DNA of 64,000 nucleotides from Gammaproteobacteria bacterium. Lineage in GTDB: Bacteria > Pseudomonadota > Gammaproteobacteria > Eutrophobiales > Eutrophobiaceae. The stretch lies in contig OZ220696.1 of NCBI GenBank assembly GCA_965116495.1, positions 736,001 through 800,000 on the forward strand, written 5' to 3'. This document shows positions 58,071 to 64,000 of the stretch, in pieces. Made by a program: the position numbers and the translations under genes. The notes under the pieces were generated by a model. It worked only from the letters and a program-made list of their open reading frames with translations. It searched no databases and was not told where the DNA came from. Numbering within the stretch: position 1 is the first letter of the stretch; every line of letters begins with the position of its first letter.

Positions 58071-58715
58071 ATGAAAGTAACCATTATACCAGTCACGCCA
58101 TTCCAGCAGAATTCGACTATCCTTCAATGTGAACGGACAAACCGGGCAGCCATTGTCGATCCGGGCGGCGACCTGGACCGGATCATGGCGCAAGTGGACG
58201 CACTTGGGGTGACGCTCGAAAAAATACTGGTCACTCATGCGCACATTGACCATGCAGGCGGTGTGGCAGAGTTATCAGTTGCTACGGGATTACCGGTTGA
58301 AGGACCGCAACGGGAAGATCAATTCTGGATTGACTTGCTGGAAGAGCAGGGCGCCATGTTCGATTTTCCGGCATCATCTTCGTTTACCCCGGACCGTTGG
58401 CTGGAAGACGGAGATATGGTCAGCCTGGGGGATATGCGGATGGAGGTGCGCCATTGTCCGGGACACACACCCGGGCATATCATTTTCTATGAGGCCTCCT
58501 CAAAGATCGCAATAGTAGGCGACGTGCTGTTCAACGGTTCCATCGGCCGCACTGATTTTCCTCGCGGCGATTATGCAACCCTGATTCATTCCATAAAAAA
58601 TCGCCTCTGGCCCCTGGGAGATGATGTACAATTCGTTCCCGGGCACGGTCCTGTTTCTACTTTCGGTCATGAAAGAAAAACCAATCCATTCGTGGGCGAT
58701 CGTGTAAAGTATTAA
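58071..58715 (+). CDS. MBL-fold metallohydrolase (YcbL/GloC-like)
   Basis: PVTPFQQN, THAHIDH, PGHTPG, GDVLF..SIGRTD, PGHG. Confidence 0.9.
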   Translation: MKVTIIPVTPFQQNSTILQCERTNRAAIVDPGGDLDRIMAQVDALGVTLEKILVTHAHIDHAGGVAELSVATGLPVEGPQREDQFWIDLLEEQGAMFDFPASSSFTPDRWLEDGDMVSLGDMRMEVRHCPGHTPGHIIFYEASSKIAIVGDVLFNGSIGRTDFPRGDYATLIHSIKNRLWPLGDDVQFVPGHGPVSTFGHERKTNPFVGDRVKY

Positions 58716-58743
58716 AGCTCAAATTACCAAGGAGATATTACAA

Positions 58744-59382
58744 ATGAAATTATATGTTTTCCCCCCATCCCCCAATTCATTACGTTGCCAGGCGGTGGCC
58801 AACCAACTGGGTATTGAACTGGAGTTAATTCCTGTAGATTTCGGTAACCCGGCACAGACTGAAGCTGGATTCAAGGAGTTATATGCAGCAAATCCCAACC
58901 ACAAGATCCCCACACTGGTTGACGGAGATTATGTACTTTGGGAATCCGGCGCCATCATGCTGTACCTGAGCCGGATACAACCTGACAATGATTTAGTGCC
59001 GGATAATTTACAGGACAGAGCCAGGATGGCTCAGTGGTCATACTGGAGCGCATCACACTGGGGAGTTACTTGCACCCTGTTTATATTTGAAAACGTGGTA
59101 AAGAAAATCATGAATATCGGTGCGCCGGACCCGGCGCAACTGGCAAAGGCCGAGGAGGAATTCAACCGTTTCGGCACGGTATTGAACGATCACCTTAAAG
59201 GTCGCGATACGCTGGTGGGCAACTCGGTAACCCTTGCCGACCACACTGTCGCGTCGTGGCTGGTACACACGGAGATGGCCGGTTTACCACTGGATGGTTT
59301 TACGGAAATCAAACGCTGGTCGGGGGGGATCCTCGGTTCGACAGCCTGGCAGAAAGCCCTGGCAACGATACCTGGAGCGTAG
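58744..59382 (+). CDS. Glutathione S-transferase family protein
   Basis: SPNS, NPNHKIPTL, WESGAI, TLAD. Confidence 0.9.
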   Translation: MKLYVFPPSPNSLRCQAVANQLGIELELIPVDFGNPAQTEAGFKELYAANPNHKIPTLVDGDYVLWESGAIMLYLSRIQPDNDLVPDNLQDRARMAQWSYWSASHWGVTCTLFIFENVVKKIMNIGAPDPAQLAKAEEEFNRFGTVLNDHLKGRDTLVGNSVTLADHTVASWLVHTEMAGLPLDGFTEIKRWSGGILGSTAWQKALATIPGA

Positions 59383-59436
59383 TTCGACGTCAGTATTATT
59401 TTAACGGTTGGGCAGGAGCAAGGGTCCGGAGAGAAA

Positions 59437-59488
59437 GGGGACAGGTTTGAAGCATGCCCCCGTATGTTGTACGCGGGGCATGTACCCG
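59437..59488. repeat. GGGGACAG-type REP-like element with nested CCCC...GGGG hairpin
   Basis: GGGGACAGGTTTGAAGCATGCCCCCGTATGTTGTACGCGGGG, similar to 18704-18755. Confidence 0.65.
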
Positions 59489-59539
59489 GATCGGGTTCCC
59501 GCTCCTGTTTACGAAATGCAGGGGCAGCCGCCGCTATTC

Positions 59540-60916
59540 TCAGTTCGGCAAGCGGTTATCCGTCAGGCGTTCGTTCAGGAGGCGCCGGTATTCCTCTTCA
59601 TAAAAGAATTGTTTCTGCCCGAATGCCGGTTTCAGACCGTCCAGCCAGGTCGCGTTCTCATCAAACCTGGCGAAGAAAGGCTGTTGTGTCCAGTTTTCAT
59701 TACGGCCCTGCAGGAAGCGCAATAAAAATACCTTTTCATTGTTGATCTCTGTTACACCCTGAACCTGTACCTTGCCTGGAGAGGCACTCATTGACGGCCC
59801 GCGTACCGTACGGGCAAGACCGGATACGGACTGGTATGCCTGCTGATACACCTCCAGGGCCCGCGCCAGCGGTACTTCAAAATACCTTCGTGCGCCGGTG
59901 TCCCGTTCCACAAACATATAATAAGGTATCAAGCCTAATCGCACTTGTTCGCGCCACATTCTTGACCAGACAGCGGGGTCGTCATTGATCCTGGCCAGTA
60001 ACGGCCCCTGGCAGCGAATCTCCGCACCGGTATCGCGAATTCGTCGGATAGCGCGCCGGGTCATGTTTGATTCCATTTCCCTCCAGTGATTGAAATGGGC
60101 CATGAACGCTACGTGTTTACCCGCCCGCACCAGTCTCTCCAATAAGCGTAGCAGGTCATCAGCATCCGCGTCAGTGACAAAGCGATGCGGCCAGTAGGTC
60201 AGTGATTTGCTGCCTATACGCAAGGTCTGCACGTGTTGAACCGACCGGTCAAGCAGGGGTTCCAGGTAGTATTTCAGGTGGTGGGTCTTCATCACCATGG
60301 GATCACCGCCGGTGATGAGCAGGTCGGACACTTCCTTATGTTTTTTCAGATAACCGTAGAGACCATCTGCCTCGCTGGATGAAAAGCGCAACGATTTATC
60401 ACCGACAAACTGTGCCCAGCGAAAACAGAAAGTACAGTAGGAATGACAAACCTGGCCCTGGGAGGGAAAAAACAGGACGGTCTCATGATATTTATGTTGC
60501 ATGCCGGTCAACTGCTCGTCATCCAGAACCGGGACATTCAGTTCCATTTGCCCGGCAGGGTGAGGGTTGAGTTGAGCGCGAATCTGAGTCGCCAGTGCAT
60601 GGATGGATTTAGAGTCTGCCCCCCTTCTCATGAGCCGGGCCATCCGGTTGAATGACTCGGGTTCAAGCATTTCTCTCTGTGGAAAAGTGAGGAGAAATAT
60701 GGGGTCCGACTCAGCATGTTCCCAGTCGATAAGCTGGTCAAGCACGTACTGGTTGACCCGGAAAGGCAATATCTTGGCAACTACCCGGATATCATGCCTT
60801 AACCGTTTCGGAAGGGCATCCAGTTGACTTATCTGGTCCAGGTGCTTTTCTGTATAAACCTTAAACTTTGAACTCGGGACGAGTTCAGGCTGTGTTGCGA
60901 TAGCAGCATAATTCAA
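59540..60916 (-). CDS. KamA-family radical SAM protein (lysine 2,3-aminomutase-like)
   Basis: HKY, CHSYCTFCFR, TGGDP, HFNH, PYYMF, PGKV. Confidence 0.88.
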   Translation of the reverse strand: MNYAAIATQPELVPSSKFKVYTEKHLDQISQLDALPKRLRHDIRVVAKILPFRVNQYVLDQLIDWEHAESDPIFLLTFPQREMLEPESFNRMARLMRRGADSKSIHALATQIRAQLNPHPAGQMELNVPVLDDEQLTGMQHKYHETVLFFPSQGQVCHSYCTFCFRWAQFVGDKSLRFSSSEADGLYGYLKKHKEVSDLLITGGDPMVMKTHHLKYYLEPLLDRSVQHVQTLRIGSKSLTYWPHRFVTDADADDLLRLLERLVRAGKHVAFMAHFNHWREMESNMTRRAIRRIRDTGAEIRCQGPLLARINDDPAVWSRMWREQVRLGLIPYYMFVERDTGARRYFEVPLARALEVYQQAYQSVSGLARTVRGPSMSASPGKVQVQGVTEINNEKVFLLRFLQGRNENWTQQPFFARFDENATWLDGLKPAFGQKQFFYEEEYRRLLNERLTDNRLPN

Positions 60917-61128
60917 TGAAACTCTCCCTATGTCTTTTAGGGCCTTTATTTTGTATTTTATGGCCCAACGGGTTATTTCTTATTAACTTCTAGGCGTCAT
61001 CATAGCAGAATATGTCGACTATGAAAACTAAGTCGTGTCAATGGAACAGCCGACACTATCAATTTAACAATACGAATATTAAAATAGTCTTACAATCAAC
61101 AAATTAAATTTCCTCCCGGTATTTAACG

Positions 61129-61767
61129 ATGTTATTCGACACCAACAAGCTAAAAATGCCCGGTATGAGCGATGCCTTACCGGGTCGTACAACCTCACTT
61201 ACTGTGGCCAACGGACATTTTGTCAACGGCCGCCCGCTGATGCCGCCTTTCCCCGATGGGATGGTGCAGGCGGTGTTCGGTCTGGGGTGTTTCTGGGGTG
61301 CGGAACGGAAGTTCTGGCAACTGCCTGGAGTTTACACCACCGCGGTCGGCTATGCCGGAGGCTATACGCCAAATCCCACCTATCGCGAAGTATGCAGCGG
61401 TATGACCGGGCATAACGAGGTAACCTTGGCAGTCTATGAACCTGATATAATCACCTACCTGAAATTACTGCAGGTGTTCTGGGAGTCGCACGATCCAACC
61501 CAGGGGATGCGCCAGGGAAATGATGTAGGCACGCAATATCGTTCTGGTATCTACACGTTCACTGATGAACAGAAGAGGCTGGCTATCGAGTCAAGGGATA
61601 AATACCAGTCGAGTCTGAAGGAAAGAGGCTGTGGCAGGATCACCACGGAGATACTGGATGCACCGGTATTCTACTATGCGGAAGACTACCACCAGCAATA
61701 CCTGGCAAAAAACCCCGGTGGTTACTGCGGCCTGGGAGGAACCGGGATAAGCTTCCCGACAAGCTGA
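61129..61767 (+). CDS. msrA: Peptide-methionine (S)-S-oxide reductase
   Basis: [29 protein letters not shown]. Confidence 0.96.
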   Translation: MLFDTNKLKMPGMSDALPGRTTSLTVANGHFVNGRPLMPPFPDGMVQAVFGLGCFWGAERKFWQLPGVYTTAVGYAGGYTPNPTYREVCSGMTGHNEVTLAVYEPDIITYLKLLQVFWESHDPTQGMRQGNDVGTQYRSGIYTFTDEQKRLAIESRDKYQSSLKERGCGRITTEILDAPVFYYAEDYHQQYLAKNPGGYCGLGGTGISFPTS

Positions 61768-61785
61768 AACGATGATCAGCGGAAT

Positions 61786-62298
61786 TTACAGTCCGGGTAC
61801 GGCGGCGGCATTCTTGCTGATCCACTCTTCTGCCGCTCCTTCCCGGTTAAGAATATAGGGTCCTTCGCGAAATTTCTTTTCCTTGATGTACGCCTCAATA
61901 TAGCAGGTTTGCTCCACAATCCGCGCCCGGCTGGCGTGCTCAGGGTGTCTTAACCACAAGCCTATCTCATAATAATCGTCCCGGTCCCGTACCATGACCA
62001 CCTTGCCGCGAATCGTTTCCGGTCTGTCATCCAATGAAATTGTGACTTCTATGTATGTTCCGGGTTTCAAATATTGACCTGATTCAAACAACAGGCCAAT
62101 ATTGCTTTGTTTGGTGCCGGTCTGTTCATCATCGCTATCGAACCAAAGACGTTTATAATGCAAGGGAATTCCACGTCGGTGGTGTATAAAACCCGTTTGG
62201 GTGTCAGTGACGGGCACATTGCCCAGGTCCTCGTGATATAGCCTGTGCTGATCCTTGAAACGTTTTTTATTAATGCTATTAAACTTTTGAAATAACAT
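61786..62298 (-). CDS. PilZ-like domain protein with degenerate c-di-GMP motifs
   Basis: Beta-barrel ending YEIGL, followed by RARIVEQ.C.IE.Y...AAEEWI tail typical of a gammaproteobacterial PilZ family; start uncertain. Confidence 0.6.
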   Translation of the reverse strand: MLFQKFNSINKKRFKDQHRLYHEDLGNVPVTDTQTGFIHHRRGIPLHYKRLWFDSDDEQTGTKQSNIGLLFESGQYLKPGTYIEVTISLDDRPETIRGKVVMVRDRDDYYEIGLWLRHPEHASRARIVEQTCYIEAYIKEKKFREGPYILNREGAAEEWISKNAAAVPGL

Positions 62299-62446
62299 CA
62301 GTTTTCACCATGATAGAGGGTATGGGTCGCATTTTATACCCTCACACAGGGAAAATCAAGCATATATTTCATAAAAACATACAGTTAAACGATCTATATG
62401 AGAGTTAACCTGAAAAAAGATATTATAGACTATGCCATTCTCGAGT

Positions 62447-62929
62447 ATGAATAGAAATATTATATTTATTGCACTTATCTTAATTGCAGCCGGAACGGGA
62501 TACCTGTTCCTCAGCCCGGACCGGACGCTGAAGACAGACCAGGCCGCACAGGTTGATGCAAAGTCACAGGAGGAGGCGCTACCCGTCGAACAGGCGCCTG
62601 AGCAGGATTTATCAGCGGATAAAAAACGCAGGGCAAGGATGCGGGCTGAATATGCTGAACTGGAACTGGCCCGTGATGGTATACGGCGCCAACTCGGAAA
62701 ACTCAGGTCCCGGCTATGGAAACTCCAGGTGCCCCCTGACCAGGCCCGGGCTATCACGGAACAGATGCAACGGGGTTACGCTGCCCTGAAAAATCCACCC
62801 ATGCTGGGTGCATTTTCCAGCGTGGGCGATATCAGCAAGGAGACAAACAGGATAAAGGAGATTGGCAACAAACTTACAGCCCTGGAAATTACCGTACAGG
62901 AGCACATCAAGGCTCAGGAGACGGACTAA
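62447..62929 (+). CDS. Hypothetical membrane-anchored coiled-coil protein
   Basis: N-terminal TM, helical charged remainder. Confidence 0.6.
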   Translation: MNRNIIFIALILIAAGTGYLFLSPDRTLKTDQAAQVDAKSQEEALPVEQAPEQDLSADKKRRARMRAEYAELELARDGIRRQLGKLRSRLWKLQVPPDQARAITEQMQRGYAALKNPPMLGAFSSVGDISKETNRIKEIGNKLTALEITVQEHIKAQETD

Positions 62930-64000
62930 TTCCCTGATGCCTCTGCCAAGAGTATGCCAGCAGTTGCATCATAGTATTTTGCATGCGTCGGCATGATACT
63001 GTTGGCGCATGGGGAATCATTTGAAACAGGTATTGCGGTGCGCAGGTAATTCGGGGAATAGCCGAAGCGGACCTGTTGTTCATTGATTACATTTACGTCG
63101 TTTTCTACCAGTACGGGAAATGACCGGCCCACATGCCGCTGCATAAAGTCGTGTTTCAGTTGTTGCGCCAGTAAATGCAGTTGCCGCAACGATATTTTTT
63201 TATCTCTACCGGCACCTGTCCCGGTAACGTTGCAGCCCTGGTCCCGGCTCGCGGTGAATAGGGAAAGACATGGATATGTGGAAATCCGATTGTCCGGCAG
63301 TAATCCAGGGTTTGTTGCCACTCCGTGTCGGTTTCACCTGGAAATCCGGCGATAATATCCGTTGTTACATTTATATCAGGAACATATTCCCTTGCGGTTC
63401 GCACCAGGTCTGTAAACCCGCCGGTACTGCAGCGCCGGCCCATGCGCCGGAGCACGCTGTCACTGCCGCTTTGCAGGGGCAGATGCAGATGCGGCATAAA
63501 CCTGGAATTATCGAAAAGCATAAAAAAATCATTATCCAGATTCCAGGGTTCCAGCGAACCCAGTCGCAGCCTGGGCACGTCGGTTTCAGTGAGTATTGTA
63601 TTGATCAATGAAGGTAAATCCGTCCCAAGCTCATGTCCGTAACCGCCGATGTGCACACCGGTCAGGATGACCTCCAGGATTTGCCGTGAGTGTAATCCGT
63701 TGATCTCGTCGATGATATCCTTCATGGCACGGCTGCGTTCCGCCCCGCGCGCTACCGTGACTATACAAAAAGTGCATTTGTGCCGGCAACCATCCTGTAT
63801 TTTGATGAAAGCCCGGTTGCGTCCCCTGGTAAACAAGGCGGTTTCTCCCGGTTCAGTAGCCATTTCCGGCATGGCTTCAACCGAGAGCCTCTGATTTACG
63901 ATATCAACGAGCTGATCTTTTTCCGTATTACCGACCATCAGGTCGATGCCCGGCAGTTCATTATAAATACCGGGTTGCAGGCTTGCATAACAACCGCTGA
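62926..64000 (-). pseudogene. mtaB: tRNA t6A37 methylthiotransferase MtaB, frameshifted near 63190 and running off the window end
   Basis: RAFIKIQDGCRHKCTFC, HLPLQSGSD, GFPGET, HVFPYSPR in one frame; TRAM-like VGRSFPVLVE...GYSPNYL in another frame. Confidence 0.85.

Overview
64-kb chromosomal window of a gammaproteobacterium; there is no CRISPR array, rRNA gene, prophage or intact transposase. The backbone is housekeeping: baeRS-like two-component system, hflX-hflK-hflC-DUF2065-hisZ-purA-tRNA-Leu-rnr-rlmB, zapE, EF-G2, cysI, ssb/uvrA, rpsF-rpsR-rplI-dnaB-alr-radA, dinB, leuCD, thiolase, phaC, sfsA, msrA and a frameshifted mtaB. Accessory blocks are a Mo-hydroxylase/aldolase/MFS/flavin monooxygenase/GST catabolic region, a CarAa/OxoO-like Rieske oxygenase with a hydrolase, an Rsb-type partner-switching trio and two VapBC modules. 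The most striking signal is non-coding, a layered set of tiny non-autonomous elements. (i) A 243-bp MITE is present twice, abutting the rnr start codon and supplying the leuC start codon. (ii) Three exactly 72-bp four-hairpin units with covarying stems and GNA triloops are nested in the second MITE copy. (iii) A 172-bp ISAs1-type MITE with 10-bp target duplications is present twice. (iv) There are GGGGAC-type REP-like palindromes and an inverted heptamer tandem array. All calls come from reading motifs by eye; no database searches were run.
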